From: a virus
Taxonomy: Duplodnaviria; Caudoviricetes
Strand: one strand, 5' to 3'
Length of the DNA: 64,000 bases
Virus record (IMG/VR): IMGVR_UViG_3300037631_006232
Span: 64,001 to 128,000 of that record
Both the position numbers and the translations under genes were made by a program. Below, piece after piece: positions 29,808-40,123 of the stretch (its first letter is position 1; every line of letters starts with the position of its first letter). Under the pieces are notes generated by a model. It saw only the letters and a program-made list of their open reading frames with translations, was not told where the DNA came from and did no database searches.

Positions 29808-30607
29808 TTATCGCTACTATACAGAAAGTTCTACCCGTATACCCTGAGTATATGCATGTACAGTGGACTATCTCCGATCCTAATTCTCAATCTGGTAAGG
29901 TAGATTTGCTTAGAGCGGGATCTCCCGAAGGACCTTTTGAAGTGGTCGCAGAAGGCCTTCCTACAGATACGTTCTTTTATCAGGACTATGAGCTAGCTAA
30001 GTTTGGTCTTAGTCAAAACTTTTGGTACAGGTTACGAGTTACCTCTAAAGTAAAACCTGATGAGGTAGTTCTTAGTGACCCAAGAACTGTAGAGTTTAAT
30101 GCTCAGCCTCATAGATATAGAGTTGTTAGGAAAGCTAGGCGGGACTTATATATAACACTAAGCAAACTGAACGGTAGCATCTATGTTTTACTTAAAAGAA
30201 AACGGTTTGGGCCTAGATGTAGTACTTGTTATAATGAGTTTACCCAAGACGTAGTACTCAGTAATTGTGGGGAGTGTTATGCTACTGGGTACGAAGGTGG
30301 CTACCATGACCCTGTTAGTATTTGGGGTAAGTTAGACCCTACTCTCATACGTCAACAGTTTGGTACACAAGGTATTAGCGAATCCTCTATGTTAGGATTT
30401 GTAACTCTGGATTACCCCCTAATAGATCTAGAAGATATACTTGTGGAGCAACAAACTAATAGACGGTTCTTAGTAAAACAGAAAATACAGACACAGTCTA
30501 GTGGCATTCCTGTACACCAAGACTTGCAAGTCTCGGAGCTTGCTAGGACAGCTGTGGAGTATTCTATCCCTGTGAGGTTAACAGATGGCGCAGTACGAAA
30601 ATACTAA
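29804..30607 (+). CDS. Head closure/neck protein (putative) with CxxC..CxxC
   Basis: CSTC and CGECYATG..GGY; position before terminator and sheath. Confidence 0.55.
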   Translation: MIIATIQKVLPVYPEYMHVQWTISDPNSQSGKVDLLRAGSPEGPFEVVAEGLPTDTFFYQDYELAKFGLSQNFWYRLRVTSKVKPDEVVLSDPRTVEFNAQPHRYRVVRKARRDLYITLSKLNGSIYVLLKRKRFGPRCSTCYNEFTQDVVLSNCGECYATGYEGGYHDPVSIWGKLDPTLIRQQFGTQGISESSMLGFVTLDYPLIDLEDILVEQQTNRRFLVKQKIQTQSSGIPVHQDLQVSELARTAVEYSIPVRLTDGAVRKY

Positions 30608-31178
30608 TAAGTATGTAGGTGAAAAATTTACTCTTGATATCATAGGTGCTTTTGTTTACGTAGTGAGGGACAGGTTTACTAATCAAAGGTTTAAAGAGTT
30701 TCCATGGAAATACTCAGAGGATTCTAATAAGACCAGGGTATTCATAGAAGCTGGCTCTGTAGATTCTTATGAGCAAAAAGATGCTCGTCCGGGAATATAC
30801 CTAGATAGGTCTAGCATGGTGTTCTCTAAGTTGGCCATTAACAACATGGCTAACTACGATGTTACTACTGGTGTAAAAGACTTTTATTGTCTAGGAGGTG
30901 GTCAGATATCCATAGACTGTATCTCACAAAATAGAGGAGAGTCTACGACATTGGCAGATATAGTGGCTAGCCATGTATTAATGAGTGAGGATGTCTTTAG
31001 ATCTGTACTGAGTTTTAGAGACATGAGTCCTGTTACTTTAGGAGCTACTCAACCTTGGGAAAAGGATGATAGAACTTTTATAACTAGGGTTACTACTGAG
31101 TTTACTTATGACTTATCTTGGAAAATAGACCCTCTGGCTGTAAGATTAGAAAGAATATTTACTTCTGTAAAAACATAG
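30585..31178 (+). CDS. Tail terminator/completion protein (putative)
   Basis: Size and position immediately before sheath. Confidence 0.5.
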   Translation: MAQYENTNKYVGEKFTLDIIGAFVYVVRDRFTNQRFKEFPWKYSEDSNKTRVFIEAGSVDSYEQKDARPGIYLDRSSMVFSKLAINNMANYDVTTGVKDFYCLGGGQISIDCISQNRGESTTLADIVASHVLMSEDVFRSVLSFRDMSPVTLGATQPWEKDDRTFITRVTTEFTYDLSWKIDPLAVRLERIFTSVKT

Positions 31179-31183
31179 CCTAC

Positions 31184-31212
31184 TTGTTAAAAACAGCCAG
31201 TCTAAGCATAAT
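31184..31212 (+). promoter_or_regulatory. sigma70-like promoter for sheath/tube
   Basis: TTGTTA-N17-CATAAT. Confidence 0.5.
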
Positions 31213-31245
31213 TCTTATATACATCTATGTTTATAATTTAGGAGA

Positions 31246-33696
31246 ATGACAATGCCTAGGCCATTGGTAGAAGTGCGTCAGTCCGTACTTAATCCTGTTG
31301 TAACCATAAACGATCCTCAGCAACAGGTTTGTTTAGTCGGTTTACACGTTAAGGATGTTGAAAACAAAATTTTAAAATCTGTAGATCGCATAGCTGATGT
31401 GCCTGCAGGTAATTCCCTATATATAACTGCCCAGTTCGCAGACCATCAGGCAGTGTCGGTCAGTGAGCCTGGAACAGTTATAAATCAGGATATTGATCTA
31501 GGAGATGATGCTTATGATATTGAAGGTGATTTAGAAGTCATCTTTAAAAAAGTTGTGGTAGCTGAGGCCGAACTTACTGCAGGATATTCTAACGCAGTTG
31601 ATGCTACTTTTGTATCAGGTAGCATACTTTTGGCGGACCCCGACCTTCTAGATGCGTATGCAGATAGAGATCTAAGTAAGATGAGTATCGCTTTACAGCC
31701 CGCATCCACTCATTTTAATAAATTGGTGGCCTCCACAAACTCCAGCGTAGATTTTTCCACAGGAATCCTAGGTACAGGAAACTCTGCCGAAGTTAATGAA
31801 TTCTTGCGAGATCTAGCTCCCGGAGGCTCGGTATTTCTGTATGACACTGTTAATACTGCTTTCAGGACTTTTAAGGTTATTAGAAAAACTGCGAGCGCTA
31901 TTTACCTAAGAGGCATTGATGCAGTTTCTCGAGCTATGTTGGTGGAAAACTCTTCAAGCTTTAGTGTCTATTCGACTGCTGCTCTGGCTGATATTATTCC
32001 TGGCGTATCCTTTGATTTAAATTACCCAGAGGTTTTTGAAGCCGCTATTACAGGGTTTTCTGCAGAGGGGAGTGACCCTTATGCTCGGGTAGAATTCGAT
32101 GCCGAACCTAATTTCGCAGTGGATGTAGGGGATAAGGCCAGTGCTAAAGGAGCCTTGCTCCATACCATCGAAGACGCTGATGCTCCAGTAAGTAAAACTA
32201 CGGATGCAGCGGACGCGCTTGTTGTTACCTTGACAGCCACAGGTGCCGAATTCACTATTCATAGAGACAAATTTGTAGCTACGCCCAGCTACTCAGGAGC
32301 TGCAGCAAAGAAAATTGTTAGAGCAGATTTAGTCACTAGTTATAGTGTTGCAAATACAACATACTCTACAGGTGCTGTTTCTGTAAACGCTAACACCAGG
32401 AGCTCTGTTCTTGGGGCTTCTTCTAGTACTAACCCTCTTAGCCTTGCTGCTGAGCTAGCTTTGTTAAACTCGGGTGATAGCTCTATTTCTGTCTTAGGAT
32501 TGGACCTAAGTCCTGAAGAAGGTGCGACTACTCCTAGGTCTTTAAAAGCTGCTTTTACCCAAGCCCTAAGTATTCTTAATCGTAATTCTAATATTTACGC
32601 TATGGTACCCTTAACACAAGATCTCAGCATTGCTAAACAATTTGCTAATGCGGCGGATAGTTTAAGCCTACCTGCTAAAGGTAAGTTTAGAATATGCTTA
32701 GGTACTAGCCCAGGAGCTCCTAGTGTTGAATACCTTATTGGAAGTGCTACAACACCCAGTACTTCCGGTTCTTATACCCACAATACTACTTCTATCATTG
32801 ATACTGTTAATTCTTTTAAACGAAGTGGATCTGCAGTTTTGATAGGGGATACTATTACATTAACAGAGGCAAGCACAGTCTATACAGGAGCAGTATCCGG
32901 AGTAACTAGTTCTAAGCTAACCATTACTTGGGATACTAATAGTGCTCCTACAGGGGATATCGCTGCAGTAGACGCCTACACCGTAACAAGAAGCTTGCTT
33001 GCGTCTACTAAGATTGATAGGCAAATAGAGTTACTTAGCGCAGACTCTGCAGGAGTAGCTTCTAAACGGTTATTTATCACTTTCCCTGGAAAATGTACTG
33101 TAACAGCTACTACCGCTGAGGGAGGGGTATCTCTGGCGGGGGCTCCTGGGTACTACCTAACGGCAGCATTCTCAGGACTACTGGCTAGAGTAGAGATTCA
33201 TAGGCCTAAAAACTTTATAGGTCTGCAAGGGGTTACTAACCTCGCTAATTGGAATCGTTTTACAGATAGCCAACTAGATCAGATTTCTGATGCAGGATAT
33301 TTAGTGTTCCAACAGAATACTAGTAGCTCGTCTCCTTTCTGTATTCACCAAGTAAATACTTTCCATGGGACTCAAGCCGGCACACAAGAATTCACAGAGT
33401 TGTCTGTGCTAGCTAATTTTGACTTTGTATCTAGGTACTTTAAAGATATTGTTAATCCTTTCGCAGGCACTGTTAATATTGTTCAAAGTACTTTAGGTAT
33501 TATTAAAGCCAGCCTAGATTCTGGTATAGCTAATCTACGTTCTAGAAGAGTATCTACTATCGGAGCTCCTCTCATAAGCGGGACTGTAGATTTTGTAAAA
33601 CAATCTGCCAGTGATGATGGTACAGTAGAAACTCAAATTACTGTGTCCCTTCCTAAGGTTTTAAATAAGATTACCATAGACGTAGTCTCTAGCTAA
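31246..33696 (+). CDS. Contractile tail sheath protein
   Basis: 816 aa; N-terminal PxVEVRQ; C-terminal QLDQI..G..V, ELSV...DFV, VLNKITI pattern. Confidence 0.8.
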   Translation: MTMPRPLVEVRQSVLNPVVTINDPQQQVCLVGLHVKDVENKILKSVDRIADVPAGNSLYITAQFADHQAVSVSEPGTVINQDIDLGDDAYDIEGDLEVIFKKVVVAEAELTAGYSNAVDATFVSGSILLADPDLLDAYADRDLSKMSIALQPASTHFNKLVASTNSSVDFSTGILGTGNSAEVNEFLRDLAPGGSVFLYDTVNTAFRTFKVIRKTASAIYLRGIDAVSRAMLVENSSSFSVYSTAALADIIPGVSFDLNYPEVFEAAITGFSAEGSDPYARVEFDAEPNFAVDVGDKASAKGALLHTIEDADAPVSKTTDAADALVVTLTATGAEFTIHRDKFVATPSYSGAAAKKIVRADLVTSYSVANTTYSTGAVSVNANTRSSVLGASSSTNPLSLAAELALLNSGDSSISVLGLDLSPEEGATTPRSLKAAFTQALSILNRNSNIYAMVPLTQDLSIAKQFANAADSLSLPAKGKFRICLGTSPGAPSVEYLIGSATTPSTSGSYTHNTTSIIDTVNSFKRSGSAVLIGDTITLTEASTVYTGAVSGVTSSKLTITWDTNSAPTGDIAAVDAYTVTRSLLASTKIDRQIELLSADSAGVASKRLFITFPGKCTVTATTAEGGVSLAGAPGYYLTAAFSGLLARVEIHRPKNFIGLQGVTNLANWNRFTDSQLDQISDAGYLVFQQNTSSSSPFCIHQVNTFHGTQAGTQEFTELSVLANFDFVSRYFKDIVNPFAGTVNIVQSTLGIIKASLDSGIANLRSRRVSTIGAPLISGTVDFVKQSASDDGTVETQITVSLPKVLNKITIDVVSS

Positions 33697-33707
33697 GGAG
33701 TTGAACA

Positions 33708-34439
33708 ATGGCGTTAAATAAAGTAACAAGTATAAGTCAATGGAACCCTCAAGGAAGTTGCATTGAAAGATTTATGGATAATGCTGCCTACACTAGTGCA
33801 CATCCCGACGATACGCTAGTATTGGTAGGGCCTGCTAGGTATTCCAGCGTTAATGATAATGGCGGAGGCACCGATAAATTAACTGCAATCGGTATGATGC
33901 AGCAAATGTCTGTGGCACAACAAAGAGCAGTGCAGCCGGTGCAAGCTATCGGGTCAGGTAGAAGTTACTTCTTAGCAGGTAAACCTAACGTGCAACTTAA
34001 TATCGGACGTCTCTTTGCTAAAGGCCCCAATCTAAATAGGGCTCTGTACAAAAATCTAATTAATGATGAGAACGTGACAAAGTTTAATCCCGAAGAACCG
34101 GCTTCTTCTCAAGCCTATACTGATGGGGTATTTAATTTAGATTCGGAACTGTTCTTGATACCTTTTGGACTATGCGTCTTATTTAGAGATAAATCGGGAG
34201 GTAATTTAGGTAGTTTTTACGTCGAATCCTGCATGATTCAGAGCTACAATATAGGTATAGCCTCCGGACAAAATGTAGTTATGGAGAATGTTACTGGACT
34301 AGCTGACAGGATTCTACCTATTGATATTACGGCGGCTACTGATGCCACTGCTAACTTCTTTAGAACTGAGTCGGGTGGAAATACCGTGACTTCTTCTGAA
34401 GGAGATTACACCGACTTTGGTACAGGTACCTTGCGTTAA
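33708..34439 (+). CDS. Tail tube protein
   Basis: Follows sheath; IGMMQQMSVAQQR...IGS motif. Confidence 0.7.
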   Translation: MALNKVTSISQWNPQGSCIERFMDNAAYTSAHPDDTLVLVGPARYSSVNDNGGGTDKLTAIGMMQQMSVAQQRAVQPVQAIGSGRSYFLAGKPNVQLNIGRLFAKGPNLNRALYKNLINDENVTKFNPEEPASSQAYTDGVFNLDSELFLIPFGLCVLFRDKSGGNLGSFYVESCMIQSYNIGIASGQNVVMENVTGLADRILPIDITAATDATANFFRTESGGNTVTSSEGDYTDFGTGTLR

Positions 34440-34443
34440 TATA

Positions 34444-34472
34444 TTGCAAACTAGGCAGGAGAGCAGTACACT
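34444..34472 (+). promoter_or_regulatory. sigma70-like promoter
   Basis: TTGCAA-N17-TACACT. Confidence 0.5.
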
Positions 34473-34500
34473 CTTACAACTAATATAAGGAGGTGTTCTC

Positions 34501-36024
34501 TTGCCTATACAACAATCTTTTAACATACAGCACGGGGTAGTAGTTACCTCTAGCCCCAACACCTATACATGCGAAGTCAGAGAAGACTCTGCTATAGGCT
34601 CTTCTAAAGATACAATAACGTGCAACATACTACAGTCTGTATACTCTTCCAAAGAAGATTCTATTGGGTTTTTCTTGCCAGAGGCGGAGACTAAAGTTCT
34701 GTTTATATCTACAGTATCTGGGCACGGTACTATACTTGGGTACCTACCAGAAACATCCGCAGAAAGACTGCCTCCTTCCAGTTTAGATCCTATAGCTAAT
34801 CAAGATGTAGCTAATTATAAAGGTAACTTAGATAGCGACATATTGCCGGGCGATCTTATAACTAGGATAGGATCAAGCTCTGTTCTTCTTACAGACTCTA
34901 GTTACTCGGCTAAATCAGGTACTGCTGAGATTGTTCTAGATAATCAATACGGCAACTCTTGTATTAGAAGTTCTGCTAATACCGTAAAGCACGATAATTC
35001 CTTGTTTTCCTTTATGGTTTCTGACCCAGGAGGTTCTAGCTCTCCTAGAATGGATATGGATTTTTTCTTAGGAAATAAATCTAATAGAGGATCTTACAAA
35101 ACTAGTTACAAAGAGAGCTCTACTCCTACCATGAGTATAACCTCTTCTGTAGATAAACCTCTAGAGCTGAAAATGCCTAAGTCCAGTATAAGTATAGATA
35201 GTATGGGCCGGTTAGTTCTAGAAGGTAAAAGTGTTACTATAAAGAGTGATGGTAAGGTGCAATCTTGGGGAGAAGGTGAAGAGGAAACCTTGCATAGGGT
35301 ACTATCTACAGATATCCACTTAGAGTCTACTCGCAATGTGTCTATAAAAGCTGATTATGGGACCCTAGATTTACACGGGAATCAAGCTAAGTTAAAAGGG
35401 GATTCTGGCGTTAGTATCGATGGTGCTAAGGTAAGTATTATCTCTAATGATACACGAGAGAATGCTCTGCCAGGGATAGACCAGACACTGCTACTTAACG
35501 CAGCTCGAGGAGGTATAGAGATAAAATCCGGATTAAAAATACCTAATGATAGCAGTATAACAAAACCGGGTATAGCACTGGAGTCGGAGGCGGGAGGTGA
35601 TATACACATAAAAACTAACCCTAATGTAGGGTCGGGGTTTTCTACGGGATCTATAGTTTTAGATGCTTCGCTACCTCTTAGTGTGAGTGGTTCAGGGGGT
35701 GTAGGGAGTTATGGTATTGTACTAAACTCCCCTAATGTAATACTTGGTGGTTATGCTGGCGTTCCCGACACTCCTAAAGGCGTTATTAGTCCTTTCGCCC
35801 CTCCAGTACCTCCTATAGTAGATGGTCCTTTAAAACACTTTTCACAGATGACCATACATTATCCCGCGCTACTAGCAGCCGGTAATAAAGGGCTTACTGC
35901 GGCTTTTCCTATAACGTCTTTTATATCAGTACCTATTTTTACAGGTATAATGGCTACTGCTTTAGCTCTAATGGCGGCTCCTACAATAGGTAGGCCTACT
36001 TCAGTACATTTAGGAGGTATATAA
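34501..36024 (+). CDS. Baseplate spike/hub-like protein (N-terminal OB fold, beta-helix)
   Basis: LPEAETKVL..ILGY OB-like motif, repetitive beta strands; AGGAGG RBS with TTG start. Confidence 0.55.
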   Translation: MPIQQSFNIQHGVVVTSSPNTYTCEVREDSAIGSSKDTITCNILQSVYSSKEDSIGFFLPEAETKVLFISTVSGHGTILGYLPETSAERLPPSSLDPIANQDVANYKGNLDSDILPGDLITRIGSSSVLLTDSSYSAKSGTAEIVLDNQYGNSCIRSSANTVKHDNSLFSFMVSDPGGSSSPRMDMDFFLGNKSNRGSYKTSYKESSTPTMSITSSVDKPLELKMPKSSISIDSMGRLVLEGKSVTIKSDGKVQSWGEGEEETLHRVLSTDIHLESTRNVSIKADYGTLDLHGNQAKLKGDSGVSIDGAKVSIISNDTRENALPGIDQTLLLNAARGGIEIKSGLKIPNDSSITKPGIALESEAGGDIHIKTNPNVGSGFSTGSIVLDASLPLSVSGSGGVGSYGIVLNSPNVILGGYAGVPDTPKGVISPFAPPVPPIVDGPLKHFSQMTIHYPALLAAGNKGLTAAFPITSFISVPIFTGIMATALALMAAPTIGRPTSVHLGGI

Positions 36025-36164
36025 TGAATAAGTCAGAATTAAAAAAATCTTTACAAGAACTTCAAAAAGCCCTGGATAAGCTAGGTAAGATGAAGATAGC
36101 CGAAGCTCAAAAAGAGATCAGTACTTATGTAGAAGCTCTTAATAAGAAGGATCGAGGATCATAA
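36024..36164 (+). CDS. 46-aa coiled-coil protein (MNKSELKKSLQELQ...)
   Basis: AGGAGG RBS, coupled, fills the gap. Confidence 0.7.
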   Translation: MNKSELKKSLQELQKALDKLGKMKIAEAQKEISTYVEALNKKDRGS

Positions 36165-36167
36165 AGT

Positions 36168-38453
36168 ATGCCTGCCACTACCTTTACACCTATAAAAAAG
36201 CATTTAGGCGAGTTTATAAAAGCCACCTCAGATGTTAACAATACTTTGCTAGGGTTCTCTAATGATTACAGTACTGTGTATTCTGCAGGTTCTGGGGTAG
36301 TTAAGCCGCAGCTTGAAGATTCTTACTACTGGAACGCCGCCAACCTATTTACAGGTGTTAATGCCGAAAGTTTCGAAGAGCTCACTAGCATACGAGATGC
36401 TTTAAAGGTTTTTAACGTAGTACTAGGCGGCGCTATAGAGGTATTACAGATAGTGATATCCCTATCCACTGATTTAGTTAAAGGGCCTACTCAACTTATT
36501 CTGCAATCCATAGCCAGCTTGATAGATAAATTAATAGCCTTATTTAACCCTTCTATAAATTTATCGGCACTCTACATTCCTCCTATGTTTGGTAAAGTCA
36601 CAGAAGATTTAAAAACCTATAGTAATAGTACTGCGCAAGAAAAAGCCTACGTTAGTAGCATTACAGCTAAAAATACCTTGATAGATAGTTTGACTAGAAC
36701 TACTGCTTTTTTACCTACTTCTTTAAGAAGTAACATAGATTCCTTAATAGCAAATAATTCACCTTCTTTTGGAAGTGCCTACTTGCTATCTACTCTACGT
36801 AAAAAGGTACGTGATAAAGAAGATAGCAATAGACCAGAACTCAGTGCTAATAGCTTTTGGTGTGGGTTTGGTGTGTTTATAGGTAGCCCTTTGCCTCATA
36901 CTGTTCTAGAAAGTTGGAATTCTTTTAACAGCTTACTAAAACCAGGTACTACCTTACTGTTACCTCCTCCTGAGAACTTCCCCCCTACGCCTACTATACA
37001 AGCGCATAAGGTTAGTGAGTTATCGGGTAGGCTATCTAGCACTCCGGATAGCATTTCGCTAAGCCCCGTACAAAGATCTATAGTATGTAGGCCTTTAGTT
37101 CCTACCGACTACTCGTCCCCTACTACTACCTTCACTTTTACAGCTCGCTTAATCTATTTTAGTATACGTAGTGAGCTAACCTCGGATAAAGCTATTCCTT
37201 TAGCTAGCGATTTAGCCAAGGATGTAAACACTTTCTTACATAGTTCCGGAGGAGTAGCTAATGAGCTTAATGTAGAGACTAGGAATACAAATACTAATTT
37301 TATGTTATTTTCTAGAAGTGTGCCGAGTACTACTAGAGTAGTTAATTTAATTAAAAAACTAGACACCTCTGTAGTAGAGCTTGAAGCTCTCACTTACTCT
37401 ATTCCAGTGTATAAAGCGTTCCTAGCTGTAGACGTATACTCAGTTACCGCTAACCAAACTACCTTACATTATCCCATGCTATCTGGACCAATGGTGACTA
37501 AGGTTCTTCCTGCTAATTCGGGAGGTAGTTTTGATATTAGCTACACCTCAAGCAATCCCCTATTAAATCCCGGAGGGGGCTTATTTCCTAGCTGGTACTC
37601 CGCAGGGTTTGCAATAAACATACTGCCCAATGCGTTATCTGAAGTGGTAAATTTTTTAGATCTTTTTAAAACCTATATAGATGCTTTCTCTGATAGCGTT
37701 TTAGATTTTTTAACTAACTTACTTAATGGCTTAAAAGATTTTCTAAATATGGTTCAGGATCTTATAGCGCAGATTGACTCTTTTATTAAGTTACTAGATA
37801 GTTTAACTAGTATATCTACAAGCATTGGTGCTTCCGTTATGGCGTTTTCAGGAGAAGGAGGTACCTCTCCTTTTCTAAATATGTTTGAAGAGTATCTCAG
37901 CACAGAAGAAACTAAGCCTACTAGCTTATCAGAAGTACTTACTGAGTACCCACAAAGAGAAACAGTGGATGTAACCTTAGACGGTTTAGTTAAGGTGGCT
38001 AAAGAGTCTCCTTCTTCTGTAGAGACTGTAGTAGGTAACTATAAGGACTACTTATCTAAGCTAAAAGATGAGACTACTAATAACTATGCTACCAGTTCTA
38101 ACATAGTCCCTAAAAGACGTAGTGGGACTTTTGGAACATATTCCGGAGCAAAAAGCCCTATGTTTACAGATAATGACACTACTTGTGGTATTATCCTAGT
38201 AGCTACTAGTAGGACTTTGGACGAGCTTAATAATATAAAGAAGTTACTAGATCTGTTATTTGAAGAAGAAGATACTCCTAGAGTAGAACCCCTATCAGAG
38301 GCTTTAGCTAAGGTTGGAAATCTTTCAGTAGACTTACCTAATTTAGTACCTCAAGAGCTACTGTTAACAGAAGAGGCGCCTATCCCCTTATTTAGTTCTA
38401 ATATGTCTTTGACTACTAATACAGAAAAAAGTCCTTTTGATTTTTGTCCCTGA
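36168..38453 (+). CDS. Large hypothetical protein, probably baseplate-associated
   Basis: Long ORF with amphipathic helices. Confidence 0.65.
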   Translation: MPATTFTPIKKHLGEFIKATSDVNNTLLGFSNDYSTVYSAGSGVVKPQLEDSYYWNAANLFTGVNAESFEELTSIRDALKVFNVVLGGAIEVLQIVISLSTDLVKGPTQLILQSIASLIDKLIALFNPSINLSALYIPPMFGKVTEDLKTYSNSTAQEKAYVSSITAKNTLIDSLTRTTAFLPTSLRSNIDSLIANNSPSFGSAYLLSTLRKKVRDKEDSNRPELSANSFWCGFGVFIGSPLPHTVLESWNSFNSLLKPGTTLLLPPPENFPPTPTIQAHKVSELSGRLSSTPDSISLSPVQRSIVCRPLVPTDYSSPTTTFTFTARLIYFSIRSELTSDKAIPLASDLAKDVNTFLHSSGGVANELNVETRNTNTNFMLFSRSVPSTTRVVNLIKKLDTSVVELEALTYSIPVYKAFLAVDVYSVTANQTTLHYPMLSGPMVTKVLPANSGGSFDISYTSSNPLLNPGGGLFPSWYSAGFAINILPNALSEVVNFLDLFKTYIDAFSDSVLDFLTNLLNGLKDFLNMVQDLIAQIDSFIKLLDSLTSISTSIGASVMAFSGEGGTSPFLNMFEEYLSTEETKPTSLSEVLTEYPQRETVDVTLDGLVKVAKESPSSVETVVGNYKDYLSKLKDETTNNYATSSNIVPKRRSGTFGTYSGAKSPMFTDNDTTCGIILVATSRTLDELNNIKKLLDLLFEEEDTPRVEPLSEALAKVGNLSVDLPNLVPQELLLTEEAPIPLFSSNMSLTTNTEKSPFDFCP

Positions 38454-38613
38454 CATCGGTATCTGAAGCCTCTAAACTTTTTGATAAAAAGTAAAAAGTT
38501 TTTGCGTAGTCCATAACGGTACCTAGATCTACTACATAGTGATCTCTATCTTTACGTAATAAGTCTATAGCTAGGTTAGTACATAGCTTTCTTAACTCAA
38601 TATCCATATCCAT
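38416..38613 (-). CDS. Hypothetical protein
   Basis: GGAGG RBS. Confidence 0.65.
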   Translation of the reverse strand: MDMDIELRKLCTNLAIDLLRKDRDHYVVDLGTVMDYAKTFYFLSKSLEASDTDVRDKNQKDFFLY

Positions 38614-38662
38614 ACAACCTCCATGATAAGCAGTACCTGAGGGTTAGCTGAAGACCTGCGCT

Positions 38663-38962
38663 CTATTTTTCTAAAGATTTAAGAGATTCTTGGAGTTCCT
38701 TTCGGAATACCCATACTCCCCCATAACCATAAGATAAAAATCCTAAAGTTACAATACTGATTAGGGATCTAATCAGTATACTTCCTAGAGAAGCGTTAGG
38801 TAGCATACTATTACGTAAACTAAAGGAGTGCAAGTCCCATCCTTGGGAGTTTAGTTTGTCCACGTGGTTTTGTGTATCTTTTTCGTAATCATCAAAGATC
38901 CTCCACCAGTATGACCATCCACTATTAGTAGTAACTTTGTAGATGTATTTAGGCTGCGCCAT
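38663..38962 (-). CDS. Small membrane protein, DUF4177-like
   Basis: LNSQGWDL motif, C-terminal VFRK, one TM segment. Confidence 0.55.
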   Translation of the reverse strand: MAQPKYIYKVTTNSGWSYWWRIFDDYEKDTQNHVDKLNSQGWDLHSFSLRNSMLPNASLGSILIRSLISIVTLGFLSYGYGGVWVFRKELQESLKSLEK

Positions 38963-38988
38963 TTTAGTATCCTTTTTATTGAATTCTA

Positions 38989-39061
38989 TGGGCCCTCTGG
39001 GACTTGAACCCAGGACCGCCCGGTTATGAGCCGGGTGCTCTAACCACTGAGCTAAAGGCCC
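38989..39061 (-). tRNA. tRNA-Ile2 (CAT anticodon, lysidine type; tRNA-Met less likely)
   Basis: Full cloverleaf GGGCCTTTAGCTCAGTGG...CTCATAA...GGTTCAAGTCC...GGGCCCA; C4-G69 and C5-G68 pairs. Confidence 0.9.
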
Positions 39062-39225
39062 GAATTTGCTAGCAATATTTTAGCTTCTTTAGATATACTT
39101 ACTGTATCCTTAGAAGACATACTTAGGACTTGTTGCCTGTGTCGGTCTACCGGAGAAATATACTTAACTCTATGTACATCCCTCATATCATAGTATTTAG
39201 ATACTGCCTCTGGTAGAGAAGTCAT
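39052..39225 (-). CDS. 57-aa hypothetical protein ending inside the tRNA 5' end
   Basis: Starts 3 nt after the upstream stop; contains DTVSISKEAK. Confidence 0.55.
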   Translation of the reverse strand: MTSLPEAVSKYYDMRDVHRVKYISPVDRHRQQVLSMSSKDTVSISKEAKILLANSGL

Positions 39226-39228
39226 TTA

Positions 39229-39810
39229 TTAAAATCCGACGTCAAGACTCTTTCGAGCCTGTGCGTCCAAGTACTCTTTAGTCGCATCACACACAAAAGA
39301 TAATGATGTCATTTTAGCACTAGCGCTAAGTACTAGCCGTACTCCGTCATCGCCCTCATTCCATGTGACTTTGATTCCGCCATTATCGTCTGCTGATGAA
39401 TCATCGGCCTTTCGGCCGTATTTAGCGTTGATTTTCTTAGCTAACGCTAGCGCAGCACTTTGCCATCCCCCTGCCCGAGACAAGAAGGAGTCACTGTACA
39501 TCCAGATCATTGCGTACGTTACATTGTCTTTCGATAAGGCACCGAACCCGGCGAAGGTGCGGTCGTGCCGCCCCTCTTTCATTTCTGCAGTTAAAAGTAC
39601 TTGGCCAGATCCCTGTTGGATCTCTTTAATCTTTCCTTTTTTGGCCCACTTCTTTTTCATCCCGCGCTTATTCTGGTTAACGCTCTTACCGATAACCGCT
39701 CCGTGCGGTAATGGTTTAAGTTTAAAATTACTGCAGTCAGGGATCTTAGCCCAAGAAAAAGCAGGTGTTAAGGCCAGTAGTAATAGTAATGTGTATATAG
39801 AAGATTTCAT
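39229..39810 (-). CDS. Secreted/periplasmic hypothetical protein
   Basis: Signal peptide ending AFSWA; GAGGAG RBS. Confidence 0.75.
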   Translation of the reverse strand: MKSSIYTLLLLLALTPAFSWAKIPDCSNFKLKPLPHGAVIGKSVNQNKRGMKKKWAKKGKIKEIQQGSGQVLLTAEMKEGRHDRTFAGFGALSKDNVTYAMIWMYSDSFLSRAGGWQSAALALAKKINAKYGRKADDSSADDNGGIKVTWNEGDDGVRLVLSASAKMTSLSFVCDATKEYLDAQARKSLDVGF

Positions 39811-39839
39811 CTTTGCTCCTCATGCATAGGTTAGTAAAC

Positions 39840-39909
39840 CCCGAACACTTACGGGTGCACCAACTCGCAGATGGAGGGGCATCTACGGATTGAACTGCAA
39901 GTGTTCGGG
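39840..39909 (-). ncRNA. Candidate structured RNA (long imperfect hairpin)
   Basis: 11-bp outer stem, 8-bp inner stem; G-U pairs favour the minus strand. Confidence 0.4.
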
Positions 39910-39966
39910 AGCGTGATAATTTCACACTCTTTTATAGAAAGCAACCCCCTCTCACCGAATACACAC

Positions 39967-40000
39967 AAAAAAAAACAGAGACACCCGAAGATGCCTCTGC
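39967..40000 (-). terminator. Intrinsic terminator downstream of the Arg tRNAs
   Basis: CAGAGGCATC-TTCG-GGTGTCTCTG followed by T9. Confidence 0.9.
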
Positions 40001-40041
40001 TTAAGTAATACTTCTTTTTCTCTTTCTATCACAAAAGAGAG

Positions 40042-40113
40042 TACATCTGGTAGGATTTGAACCTACGACCAATGGCTTAGAAGGCCACTGCTCTTCCACT
40101 GAGCTACAGATGC
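40042..40113 (-). tRNA. tRNA-Arg (TCT)
   Basis: Cloverleaf with anticodon loop CT-TCT-AA and T-arm GGTTCAAATCC. Confidence 0.92.
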
Positions 40114-40123
40114 GGGTTAAACC

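Noticed and set aside
751-37393. Many antisense ORFs in the track (e.g. 2571-3311, 4173-4685, 11246-11743, 22772-23287)
   Set aside because: Shadow frames of real + strand genes with no RBS or recognisable motifs
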